From the NCBI GenBank assembly GCA_041906785.1, contig JAYRIM010000023.1:64019-128018 (forward strand): DNA of 64,000 nucleotides, in the 5' to 3' direction. The DNA comes from Candidatus Levyibacteriota bacterium. Lineage in GTDB: Bacteria > Patescibacteriota > Microgenomatia > Levybacterales > UBA12049. A program made the translations under genes and the position numbers. The first letter of the stretch is position 1. Each line of letters begins with the position of its first letter. The notes beneath the pieces are model-generated. The model worked only from the letters and a program-made list of their open reading frames with translations, was not told where the DNA came from and did no database searches. This document shows, piece after piece, positions 1 through 8,939 of the stretch.

Positions 1-153
1 TTCGTCTGCAAATCCTATACCACAATCGACAATAAGAATTTCATCTTTATACTCGTAGACATAAAGATTTCTGGTGACATCTTCAATACCGCCTAGGGGG
101 ATAATTGAAACACTTTCTTCGTGGGGAATATTTTGTTGTTTGTTCTGATCCAT
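1..153 (-). CDS. rnj: Ribonuclease J (metallo-beta-lactamase/beta-CASP RNase), N-terminal fragment running off window start
   Basis: Reverse complement from ATG at 153..151 reads MDQNKQQNIPHEESVSIIPLGGIEDVTRNLYVYEYKDEILIVDCGIGFADE, matching the RNase J N-terminus (..ALGGLGEIGKN.Y....DEI.LID.GIKFPED). Missing from the ORF track because it is short and partial. Confidence 0.65.
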   Translation of the reverse strand, partial: MDQNKQQNIPHEESVSIIPLGGIEDVTRNLYVYEYKDEILIVDCGIGFADE

Positions 154-241
154 TCGCAGCTTTATTTTACCTTTCTTATGGTTAATTGTCAAAAGGCTAT
201 CTTACATTGACAGAAAAATTTCCACATGCAATACTTTACCC

Positions 242-841
242 ATGTCTCCCCAACCTCTCAATACAGAGAAACAATTACCTTCACCTCATGATATGCAGCT
301 GCCAATGTCTCATTGGCAGTTATTACGTAAACCAACCTTCTCTGAAAAGTATAGATATTTTAGATGGCTTTTAATTTTATTACTTCTACCCCTCCTTTTT
401 TTTCTACCCGTACCGTATTATCAGAATAAAGTACAATGTCCTACAGATCCTGTCTCACCATGCCCAAAGGAAGGTTTTTACTTTGGGTTATCATTATGGG
501 AGCAAGTTATAATGACAAGACAAATTTCTCCAAACAATGAAATTTATATTTCACCTACAGCTATTCCACTATCTCCAAAATCAAGTTCCAATGAACTTAT
601 TGTCATCGATTTAGCTAAGAAAGATTTAGCTGCTAGATTAAAAATTAATACTGAAGAAATACAAATACAGTCTTATAAAGAAGTTAACTGGAATGATTCA
701 AGCCTAGGATGCGCAAAGCCTGGAATGAATTATTTGCAAGTTATTACACCTGGATATGAAATAATTCTTGAGGCTAATGACCAGGAGTATAGCTATCATA
801 CAAATACACAAACACGCGTAGTACTTTGCGATTTACAATAA
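242..841 (+). CDS. Hypothetical single-pass membrane protein (N-terminal TM WLLILLLLPLLFFLPVPYY, then Cys-containing extracytoplasmic region)
   Basis: 199-aa ORF with one strong hydrophobic segment. Convergent with the Lon-like gene and abuts its stop. No recognisable family. The opposite strand has stops in every frame, so this is not a Lon protease remnant. Confidence 0.4.
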   Translation: MSPQPLNTEKQLPSPHDMQLPMSHWQLLRKPTFSEKYRYFRWLLILLLLPLLFFLPVPYYQNKVQCPTDPVSPCPKEGFYFGLSLWEQVIMTRQISPNNEIYISPTAIPLSPKSSSNELIVIDLAKKDLAARLKINTEEIQIQSYKEVNWNDSSLGCAKPGMNYLQVITPGYEIILEANDQEYSYHTNTQTRVVLCDLQ

Positions 842-1978
842 TTACCAACTTGGAAGGAATTGTTTCACATTCTCTGCAGTGACACGAATAGGAGTAGAAG
901 CACCTTCGACAATTAATCTCGCAGCTTTACGACAAATACCAGATACTGTTCTTTCTAGGCTACGAATACCTGAATCATATCCTAATGGTCGGATGATTTG
1001 CATCCACAAATCCTCATCAATAGTAATATCGGTATCATTTAAGCCCATGTCGTCGCGAATACGTCTAAAAAGATAATTTTTTCCAATCGCCATTTTTTCT
1101 TCGTCAGTATATGAAGGCATTTGCAGTATTTGCATACGATCGAGAACAGCTGTTGAGACATTTGTGGTATTATTTCCTGTAGCAATAAATAGAACATTCG
1201 ACAGATCAAATGGATAGTCAATATAATGGTCTGTAAATGCTTTATTTTGTCCAGGATCTAAGAGTTCCAGTAATATACCCATAATATCCCCACGTGCGGC
1301 TTCTGTTACGCGATCAAGCTCATCAAGAAGAATAACAGGATTTCTGGTACCAGCATGAATGAGTTTTTTTATTACAGCACCTGGTTCTGCATCAGGAAAA
1401 GCTCGTGATTGTCCACGAATAACTCGCGAATCAGCCATTCCTCCGAACGGAATACGCTCAAATTGCCTACCAAGAGCTCTTGCAACGGAAATAGCTAATG
1501 TCGTTTTACCTGTACCAGCAAGTCCAACTAACATTAATACAGGCGCATGGCCAATAGATCTTCCTTTATTTCTTTGAAAGTTAAGAATAATTGTAGATAA
1601 ATATTCAAGAATCGCATTTTTAATATTTTCAATACCATAGTGATCCTCGTCGAGAACTTGTTTTGCTTTTTTGAGATCCAGAATATCTTGTGATTGTTTT
1701 TCCCAAGGCAAACTTGTTACCCAGTTAATATACGTCGAGGTACTTTCATATTCCGTAATATAGTTTGCGCTCATAAACCCTGATCCCTGTCGAATAAGCG
1801 CTAAACGAGCAACCCTATCAATAAGAATTTGTTTTATGTCTGCAGGCATTGGGGTTTGTTCAACTCTTTCGCCGAGTTTTCGTATCTGATCAGTAGAATT
1901 ATCAGTTAAACCTCCTTGTAATGGGGATGAAGCAGTAGTATCTTTTGGGGGAGATTGATCCATGGGTATATTATACAA
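842..1978 (-). CDS. Lon-family AAA+ ATPase module lacking both the N-terminal LON domain and the C-terminal serine protease domain
   Basis: LPWEKQSQDILDLKKAKQVLDEDHYGIENIKNAILEYL, then Walker A GLAGTGKTTLAISVARALGR, Walker B ILLDELDRV, and SGIRSLER (sensor-2). The ORF ends right after the AAA+ small domain (…ENVKQFLPSW*). No protease domain follows in any frame. Confidence 0.7.
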   Translation of the reverse strand: MYNIPMDQSPPKDTTASSPLQGGLTDNSTDQIRKLGERVEQTPMPADIKQILIDRVARLALIRQGSGFMSANYITEYESTSTYINWVTSLPWEKQSQDILDLKKAKQVLDEDHYGIENIKNAILEYLSTIILNFQRNKGRSIGHAPVLMLVGLAGTGKTTLAISVARALGRQFERIPFGGMADSRVIRGQSRAFPDAEPGAVIKKLIHAGTRNPVILLDELDRVTEAARGDIMGILLELLDPGQNKAFTDHYIDYPFDLSNVLFIATGNNTTNVSTAVLDRMQILQMPSYTDEEKMAIGKNYLFRRIRDDMGLNDTDITIDEDLWMQIIRPLGYDSGIRSLERTVSGICRKAARLIVEGASTPIRVTAENVKQFLPSW

Positions 1979-2123
1979 GAAGTATGAAAGGTATCAAATG
2001 TATCAAAAGTAAGGTGAAAGGGACAAATGAGACACAGGAGCCAAATGGGCCATAGGTTCTATCTATTTCTCTGATTTCCTTTGTCTCCTTTGACTCTTTG
2101 GTCCCTTCTGGTTCCTGATCTTT

Positions 2124-4490
2124 TCAATAGTGGGCTTTGCGGCCATATGATGGTTTTCGCTGCTGTGTTCTCTCACGCTGAAATTGTCTTGATAAAGGAT
2201 GTGCGCTGCGCATTCTATCATCTCGGTCAAATCCTCTTCTTTCACCACGATCAAAATTCTGTCGATCTCCTCTATCAAAACTTCTTCTTTCTCCTCGATC
2301 AAATCCTCTTCCTCGTCCTTGTGGTCGACTACTTCTTTCTGGGCGTTCTCTATTACCTGAATCTGACTCCCCAGAATCATCGAGTAACATAGTTAAATTA
2401 ATTCTTCCTTGGTCATCAATCTCAATAACTTTTACAGTCACTTTCTGACCTAAACTGACAACTTCTTCTGGATGGTTTACAAAACCTTTTGCCATTTTTG
2501 AAACATGAACCATGCCTTCTTTTCCTGGTAAGAATTCCACAAAAGCTCCAAAAGGCAAAATGCGTTTTACTTCACCTTCATATACCTCACCTGGTTTTAC
2601 TTCTTTTGTGATGCCTTGAACCATGTTTAAAGCACTCTGTACTGATTCTTCAGAAGTACCAGCAATAGTAACTGTACCATCATCTTCTACATCAACAGTT
2701 GCACCTGTCGTAGCGATAATATTTTTAATAATCTTTCCACCCGGACCGATCAGTTCACCAATCTTATCAACAGGAATTTGTAATAACTCTATCTTTGGTG
2801 CAAACTCAGAAACTTCATCACGTGATTGTGGAATAGCTTTTAACATTTTTTCAAGAATACTCATTCTTGCAACCCGAGCTCTTTCAAATATTTGTTCTAT
2901 CTGTTCAACTGTTAAACCTGGAATTTTGACATCAAGCTGTATAGCTGTTACACCTGTATCTGTTCCAGCCACTTTAAAGTCCATGTCACCTGAAAAATCT
3001 TCAAGACCGATGATATCTGTGAGCAATACATATTCTCCTTCTTTTGTGGATCCATGAGGATATGACATCATTCCTACAGAAATACCTGCAACTGGTTTCG
3101 TAATAGGTACTCCAGCATCCATTAATGCTAATGTCGAACCACATGTTGATGCCATTGATGTTGATCCGTTTGATGAAGTTACTTCAGAAACGAGGCGAAT
3201 TGTATAAGGGAATTTTTCTTTACTAGGTATAACGGCTTCGAGCGCACGTTCTGCAAGGGCACCATGCCCGATTTCACGTCGAGACGTAAAACCGACTCTC
3301 CCTGCTTCTCCTACAGAGTAAGGGGGCATTGAGTAATGATGGATATATCTTTTAGACTCTTCTCCTTCTGCTGACTCTATCAGCTGTTCCATTCTTGGGG
3401 ATCCGAGTGTAGCAATAGTAAGAACTTGTGTTAATCCTCTTTGAAATATCGCTGAGCCGTGTGTACGAGGGAGTACTCCTACCTGGATATCAATCTGACG
3501 AACTTCATCCATAGCACGACCATCAACTCTTTTATTCTTTTTAACAACATCAGAACGAATTCCTTGGAATAAGACATATTCCAATGCCTTTGCGATAATC
3601 TTAGAATCAATTTCACTTTCTGGGTTAGCCATTTTTTCCTGTTCATAAATTTTTTTGACTAGATCTTGTTCTTCTGTACCCCCGAACTCTTTATTTGCTT
3701 TCGCTTTTGCTAATGCCGTAACCTCATCTTTATATGCTTTTTCGATTCGCTTTGCCATTTCAGCCATCAGGGCATTTGGATAAACCTGTACCTTCTGTTG
3801 TCCAACTTTCCCAACCAAATCGATAATAAAATTCAAGACTTTGTCAGTTTCCTCATGTGCACGTTTAATCGCTTCAAGCATAATCTTTTCTGACACTTGT
3901 TTCGCGCCAGACTCAATCATGACTGTTTTTCCTTTTACCTGAGATACGACTAAATCTAAATCAGAATATGCCATTTCTGTGGCTGTAGGATTAATAATAT
4001 ATTGTCCTTCATCATTTTCACCACGAACATATCCTACGCGAACTGCTCCAATAGGGCCATTCCAAGGGATAGGAGATGTTGCTATTGCCGCTGACACTGC
4101 ATTTATTGCGAGGATATCTGGTGCATGTTCACCATCAACTGATAAAACAGTAACCATCACTTGTACTTCACGTTTAAATTCTTTTGGAAAAAGGGGTCTA
4201 ATTGAACGGTCTATTAAACGACCAATAAGGATAGCTTCGTCAGAAGGTCTGCCTTCACGTTTTACCCAACGACTTCCTTTTATACGCCCTCCAGCATACA
4301 AACGTTCGACATATTCAACTGAGAGAGGGAAATAATCGAGCTCTGTTTCTTTACCTAATACAACTGTAGCCAGAACCATGGTATCACCAATTCGTCCCAA
4401 TACAGAAGCTGTTGCTTGCGGTGCAAGCTTACCCGTTTCTAAGGTTAATGTTTTCCCTGCAAATTCTAACGTTTCTGAGGTCTTAGTCAT
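2124..4490 (-). CDS. pnp: Polynucleotide phosphorylase (PNPase) with an arginine-rich repetitive C-terminal tail
   Basis: Two RNase PH domains, KH and S1 domains across the full length. C-terminal ~80 aa is low complexity: GRGRGFDRGERRSFDRGDRQNFDRGERRGFDRDDR. Confidence 0.95.
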   Translation of the reverse strand: MTKTSETLEFAGKTLTLETGKLAPQATASVLGRIGDTMVLATVVLGKETELDYFPLSVEYVERLYAGGRIKGSRWVKREGRPSDEAILIGRLIDRSIRPLFPKEFKREVQVMVTVLSVDGEHAPDILAINAVSAAIATSPIPWNGPIGAVRVGYVRGENDEGQYIINPTATEMAYSDLDLVVSQVKGKTVMIESGAKQVSEKIMLEAIKRAHEETDKVLNFIIDLVGKVGQQKVQVYPNALMAEMAKRIEKAYKDEVTALAKAKANKEFGGTEEQDLVKKIYEQEKMANPESEIDSKIIAKALEYVLFQGIRSDVVKKNKRVDGRAMDEVRQIDIQVGVLPRTHGSAIFQRGLTQVLTIATLGSPRMEQLIESAEGEESKRYIHHYSMPPYSVGEAGRVGFTSRREIGHGALAERALEAVIPSKEKFPYTIRLVSEVTSSNGSTSMASTCGSTLALMDAGVPITKPVAGISVGMMSYPHGSTKEGEYVLLTDIIGLEDFSGDMDFKVAGTDTGVTAIQLDVKIPGLTVEQIEQIFERARVARMSILEKMLKAIPQSRDEVSEFAPKIELLQIPVDKIGELIGPGGKIIKNIIATTGATVDVEDDGTVTIAGTSEESVQSALNMVQGITKEVKPGEVYEGEVKRILPFGAFVEFLPGKEGMVHVSKMAKGFVNHPEEVVSLGQKVTVKVIEIDDQGRINLTMLLDDSGESDSGNRERPERSSRPQGRGRGFDRGERRSFDRGDRQNFDRGERRGFDRDDRMRSAHPLSRQFQRERTQQRKPSYGRKAHY

Positions 4491-4596
4491 TTAGTTTTTG
4501 TATATTCCTTTCGTTCATTGTATACGTGGAGGTTTGGAGTTAGTATACTCTTTCAATCTACACTACGTATTCATGAAATGTCAATTAATAAAAAGC

Positions 4597-4866
4597 TTAG
4601 TCTTTTAATCCAATTTTTTTTAATATTCCTGATGCTCGTTTATCGTCAACCTTCTTAAGAAAATTAACCAGTCTGCGTCTCTTCGCAATCATTGATAATA
4701 ATCCCCTTCTACTATGTGTATCATGTAAATGCTGCTTTAAATGCTCTGCAAGGCGATTTATTCTATGGGTCAATAATGCAATTTGAACTTCAGGACTTCC
4801 TGTATCTCCATCTACTGTCTGAAAATCTTTAATAATTTGTTGTTTTTGTGTTAGGCTCAATGGCAT
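4597..4866 (-). CDS. rpsO: 30S ribosomal protein S15
   Basis: 89 aa; LTHRINRLAEHLKQHLHDTHSRRGLLSMIAKRRRLVNFL is the canonical S15 signature. Sits immediately upstream of pnp, the classic rpsO-pnp arrangement. Confidence 0.95.
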   Translation of the reverse strand: MPLSLTQKQQIIKDFQTVDGDTGSPEVQIALLTHRINRLAEHLKQHLHDTHSRRGLLSMIAKRRRLVNFLKKVDDKRASGILKKIGLKD

Positions 4867-4931
4867 AGTCGTAATTATATCACAGAAAATCTGTTACCGG
4901 CAAGTAGGCAGACAGTTTAGCATATTTTTGC

Positions 4932-6065
4932 TTAAACGTTCGAAGATCCTTTATAGACTTTTGGCGTTAACCAATCAGTCGGAGGATTTATATCATCGAA
5001 ATTATTTTGCTGTTCCTGTGGTGGAAGAGTTACCTGCTGTAATTGTGGCTGTCTTTGCTGTACAGGCTGTTGTTGTGGTTGGGATTGCTGTTGATTTTGC
5101 TGAGCAGGTTGCTGCTGTTGGCGACGTTGATCAAACTGTGGTCTGCGATCCCTGTTATCATTTCTATCAGATTGACGTTGGTCGAATTGTCTTCTATCAC
5201 GATTATCTCGTTGCTGCTGAGACTGCTGTTGAGGTTGCTGTTGAACCACTGGGCGTTGTTGTTGAAAATTTCCTTGAGGTTGCGTCTGCGGTTGAGGTTG
5301 TCGCATTTGTTGTGTAGTTGTAGGCACTTGCTGAGTTCGTGAACGGACAGCTCCTTGTCTCATAAGAATACCTGCCATTTCAAAAGCTATGGGAGTTGTT
5401 CGTGGACTTTGGAAATTTTCTGTTCCATATGAAATACCATCAATAAGATTCTGAGCGATATCAACATCAAGTGGAGCTTTCAAGTCATTTAATACTTGAA
5501 CAATCTGTTCACTTACAGACGATGCTCGTGGATTTACAATAACAATATCGCCAAATCCTTGATTTTCTTGTTTATTATCGATGTTAACAAGTGTAACATT
5601 CTTTAACGCGTCAGGGCTAAATGCTGAATGAATATCTGCTAACCGTGGAGTACCAACCACAAAGAGTAAATCTAACTCACCATTTCCTCGGGTATAACGC
5701 ACATCTTGTTCACTGAATGTAAGGCCTTGGTCTCCAGCTTTAACGACAATATTCAGATACCCATTTTCGATCGTATATGATACTTTCTCGATGTCACCCT
5801 CACGATAGGGGAACGATACCACCAGATCAGCTCCTCCACCTTCATAACGAGTTTTTACTTTATCAACACCCACGAGGTTAGAGACTTCGACAATAGGTTC
5901 AGTAGCGGAAAGTACTGCAGTATTTTTACCCATAGCTTGGAGGGAGAGATAGAGAGAAAGAGCAGCAGCCATTTCATCAATTGAGGGCTCTTTACCCACT
6001 GCTACGGCTACTGATTTACTACGTTGTAGCGCTTCTTTTAGGCGCTGAAGTGTCGCATTGTCCAT
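4932..6065 (-). CDS. NrnA-like DHH/DHHA1-fold protein with degenerate catalytic motifs and a Gln/Pro/Arg-rich C-terminal tail
   Basis: Aligns to B. subtilis NrnA (LLFVVGTPRLADI ~ LVIVCDTANQERI; PRASSVSEQIVQVL ~ TSASSVSEMIYELY). DHH motif is IDNKQEN instead of IDHHPNE. The N-terminal DxD motif reads SID. No GGGH motif. Tail: QQQRDNRDRRQFDQRQSDRNDNRDRRPQFDQRRQQQQ… Occupies the infB/rpsO position where nrnA, rbfA and truB are often found. Confidence 0.6.
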   Translation of the reverse strand: MDNATLQRLKEALQRSKSVAVAVGKEPSIDEMAAALSLYLSLQAMGKNTAVLSATEPIVEVSNLVGVDKVKTRYEGGGADLVVSFPYREGDIEKVSYTIENGYLNIVVKAGDQGLTFSEQDVRYTRGNGELDLLFVVGTPRLADIHSAFSPDALKNVTLVNIDNKQENQGFGDIVIVNPRASSVSEQIVQVLNDLKAPLDVDIAQNLIDGISYGTENFQSPRTTPIAFEMAGILMRQGAVRSRTQQVPTTTQQMRQPQPQTQPQGNFQQQRPVVQQQPQQQSQQQRDNRDRRQFDQRQSDRNDNRDRRPQFDQRRQQQQPAQQNQQQSQPQQQPVQQRQPQLQQVTLPPQEQQNNFDDINPPTDWLTPKVYKGSSNV

Positions 6066-6090
6066 ATATCCTATATTATAATTTGTTCAA

Positions 6091-7551
6091 TTATGCGACT
6101 GATATTATCATATCTCCTATAGTAATGTCAAGCTGGTGAGACAAAACTATCCCTGCCTCACCTTTTGTTACTTTTGAAGTTACATTTTTACCTACTCTTA
6201 AGGATTGAATAGTAGTTTCTCCTATTACTGTGTCACCACGAAGAACACGTATTTTATCTCCACGAACGATTCTTCCTTCAATAATGGAAATTCCATAAGC
6301 AAATGTCTTTTCAAATGGAAACTTTGCAAGGATTTTTGCTTTTCCTAGTTCAGTCTCAAGCTGCATTTGTTTTTTACCTTCTATAACATCGGCTATCTCG
6401 TCAAGCATTTCATAGATAATCTGATAATTTTTAATTAATACCTTTTCAGCCAAGGCTAACCTTTGAACCTCGGGACGTATTTTTACATTAAAACTCAATG
6501 CTAGAGCACCTGTGGCTTTTGCCTGTAGAACGTCAGCCTCGGTTACCTCACCAGTTTTTTGTGTAACGATAGTCACTTCCTTCGGCAGTGCGGCTACAAT
6601 AGCCTCGAGTGCACCTTCAGTATCAGCTGCTAAAATAAGATAGAGCGTATCACCATCTTGAGGCTTATGATAGAGAACATCTTCTGGTTTTCTTTCAGCT
6701 TCCTTAGCTGAAACTGTAACTTCAGCTTGTTTGGGAGTCACTATGCTTCCAACAGGTAAAACATCAGGAGCGCCTAGAATTTCTACTCCTTCTCCTACTG
6801 AGGCTTTATCAATAGGTTTTCCAAGATAATTCAGTACTGTCCTTAACCTGAATGTTTTTCCTTCACATGATACTTCTTCTCGTGTATGTAAGGTTCCTTG
6901 CTTAATAATAATCGTAGATTTAGCACCAGCGCGTGGATCGAGCTTTGATTCAATAACAATAGCCTTCAAGGCAGCAGAAGAAGAAGCTTTTTGATGAACT
7001 CCCCGCAGTTCAGATACTAATAAAATAAGATCAAGTAATTCTTTCATATTCTCACCTTTTTTTGCAGATACTTCTATAACAGGAATATCGCCACCATATC
7101 CTTCAAGAAGTACATTTTCACGAAGGAGTTGTTGTTTCACTTTTTCTACGTTTTTCGTTGGTAAGTCACTCATAGTTAACACAACGATAATAGGAAGATT
7201 TGCTGATTGAAGTAATTTTATACTCTCTCGTGTCTGTGGCATTACACCATCGACAGCAGAAACAATCAATAATCCAATATCAGCAGCTTGTGCTCCACGA
7301 CTACGCATGTTAGTAAATGCTTCATGACCTGGAGTATCGATAAACGTTATACGTCTCTTTTTACCTTCGTATTCCACTTCAACAGAAGATGATCCAATTC
7401 CTTGTGTAATACCACCATACTCGCGTTGAGCAACTGAAGTTTTTCTTAGAGCATCTAAAAGAGTAGTTTTACCATGATCGACATGACCTAATACAGTTAC
7501 AACTGGAGGAAAATCCCAATTTGTTTTCTGCTCTATATGTGTATTCTGCAT
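6091..7551 (-). CDS. infB: Translation initiation factor IF-2, short form (G domain + domain II + C-terminal domain, no N-terminal extension)
   Basis: VVTVLGHVDHGKTTLLDALRKT, DTPGHEAF, NKxD-like TMSDL. 486 aa. Confidence 0.95.
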   Translation of the reverse strand: MQNTHIEQKTNWDFPPVVTVLGHVDHGKTTLLDALRKTSVAQREYGGITQGIGSSSVEVEYEGKKRRITFIDTPGHEAFTNMRSRGAQAADIGLLIVSAVDGVMPQTRESIKLLQSANLPIIVVLTMSDLPTKNVEKVKQQLLRENVLLEGYGGDIPVIEVSAKKGENMKELLDLILLVSELRGVHQKASSSAALKAIVIESKLDPRAGAKSTIIIKQGTLHTREEVSCEGKTFRLRTVLNYLGKPIDKASVGEGVEILGAPDVLPVGSIVTPKQAEVTVSAKEAERKPEDVLYHKPQDGDTLYLILAADTEGALEAIVAALPKEVTIVTQKTGEVTEADVLQAKATGALALSFNVKIRPEVQRLALAEKVLIKNYQIIYEMLDEIADVIEGKKQMQLETELGKAKILAKFPFEKTFAYGISIIEGRIVRGDKIRVLRGDTVIGETTIQSLRVGKNVTSKVTKGEAGIVLSHQLDITIGDMIISVA

Positions 7552-7585
7552 AATAATTCCTTCTTAAATGAAGCTTTCTACTGTA

Positions 7586-7674
7586 ATTTCCAATCACCAA
7601 TTGCAATTTTCGAATTAATTGACTAATTAACGAATTCATAATTAATTGGAAACTGGAAATTCGAGATTGGAAAC
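7586..7674. repeat. AT-rich imperfect inverted repeat (AATTTCCAATC … GATTGGAAA, with internal AATTAATT palindromes) in the nusA-infB intergenic region
   Basis: Outer arms are exact reverse complements (TTTCCAATC / GATTGGAAA). Three AATTAATT palindromic cores inside. Confidence 0.5.
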
Positions 7675-7698
7675 TCTCCTATCGAATTTCATAAATGA

Positions 7699-8919
7699 TT
7701 ACTTAGTCTCCTCAGTTGGCGTTTGCACATCATTCGAGGTTTCAACTGTTTCTTCAGGAGTCTCAACTGCTTCAGTAGTTTTTACTTCTTCGCTTGCCGT
7801 GGTCACATCTTGGGTATCATCTTGAGTTGTCTGCGATGATGAATCTGTTTGTACATCTGAAGATGTTGATTCCTTCGCTTCAGTTTCTTCAGCTGGCGCA
7901 GCGGCCTCCGCTTCTTTTGCTGCTCCGGGCTCCTCTTTTCCTTCAATCTCTATACGATATCCTGTTAATTTTGAAGCTATTCGAACATTTTGACCATCTT
8001 TTCCAATTGCCAATGATAATTCTTCTTTTGGAACTGAAACAACTGCAAGTTTTTCATCCTCTTTTAGCGTCACACTGATATTTTTCGCTGGGGACAATGC
8101 TTGTGTGATATATACTTTCGAATCTTCAGACCACTGGATGATATCAATCTTTTCAATGCCACCAAATTCTTGAATAATTGCTTGCACACGGACACCTTTT
8201 TGGCCAACACAACTTCCAACTGGATCAATTCCTTGCTGATTTGATGCAACGGCGATTTTCGTCCTATTTCCTGCTTCTCTCGCGATTGCTTTAACAATGA
8301 CACTACCTTGGGCAACTTCAGGTACTTCTCGACGGAATAATCCTTCAATAAGCCCTGCATGAGATCGAGAAACAACAATTTCTTCACCTTTTAATCCTTC
8401 TCTAATCTCCTTAAGATACACTGCAAATCGTTGATTTAAGTGATATTTCTCTTGGGAGATCTGCTCTGTCGGGGGCATAATAGCTTCTGTTTTTCCAATA
8501 TCAACAATAATATTTTGGCCAGCAAACCGTAGTACCATTCCATTGACGACTGTTCCAATTTTTACTCGATAATCTGAAAAAATTGCTTCTTTTTCCTTTT
8601 CACGAATTTTCTGCAAGATAACTTGTTTCGCAGTTTGCGCGGCAATTCTTCCAAATCCAGGAGGTGTTACATCTTCATCATTATGAAAGATTCTAGCTTC
8701 ACCTGTAGATGAATTAAGTTCTGCACGGTATTCTTCAACCTCAACTCCTGGATGATCCTTTCTATAAGCAGCGAGAATCGCGTTTTTTACAGTCTCTAAA
8801 ACAACATTTGGATCGACTCCTCGCTCGGAAGCAACCTGATTAAGAGCTAACACAAATTCTGATCTTTGTACAACTGGCATAGTAGGGTACAGTATAGCAA
8901 ATAAGCATGTTACGATCAA
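7699..8919 (-). CDS. nusA: Transcription termination/antitermination factor NusA with an acidic Thr/Glu-rich C-terminal tail
   Basis: N-terminal domain, S1 and two KH regions (GxxG: IGKDGQNVRIASKLTG). Likely true start at the internal MPVVQRSEF (about 8880). Tail AEETEAKESTSSDVQTDSSSQTTQDD…. Confidence 0.9.
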   Translation of the reverse strand: MIVTCLFAILYPTMPVVQRSEFVLALNQVASERGVDPNVVLETVKNAILAAYRKDHPGVEVEEYRAELNSSTGEARIFHNDEDVTPPGFGRIAAQTAKQVILQKIREKEKEAIFSDYRVKIGTVVNGMVLRFAGQNIIVDIGKTEAIMPPTEQISQEKYHLNQRFAVYLKEIREGLKGEEIVVSRSHAGLIEGLFRREVPEVAQGSVIVKAIAREAGNRTKIAVASNQQGIDPVGSCVGQKGVRVQAIIQEFGGIEKIDIIQWSEDSKVYITQALSPAKNISVTLKEDEKLAVVSVPKEELSLAIGKDGQNVRIASKLTGYRIEIEGKEEPGAAKEAEAAAPAEETEAKESTSSDVQTDSSSQTTQDDTQDVTTASEEVKTTEAVETPEETVETSNDVQTPTEETK

Positions 8920-8939
8920 CCGTAGGTTTCATATATAAG

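Noticed and set aside
186-841. Possible frameshifted Lon protease domain downstream of the Lon AAA+ ORF
   Set aside because: Minus-strand translation of this interval hits stops in all three frames within a few codons and shows no S16 motifs. The + strand ORF with a TM helix is the better explanation.
2063-2392. Two overlapping about 105-aa ORFs on both strands
   Set aside because: They overlap the repetitive Arg/Asp-rich 3' end of pnp. The pnp frame is continuous with the S1 domain, so these are artefacts of the repeat.
5043-5342. Leu-rich 99-aa + ORF and 4928..5317 ORF
   Set aside because: Antisense to the CAG/CAA-rich (Gln tail) region of the NrnA-like gene. Compositional artefact.
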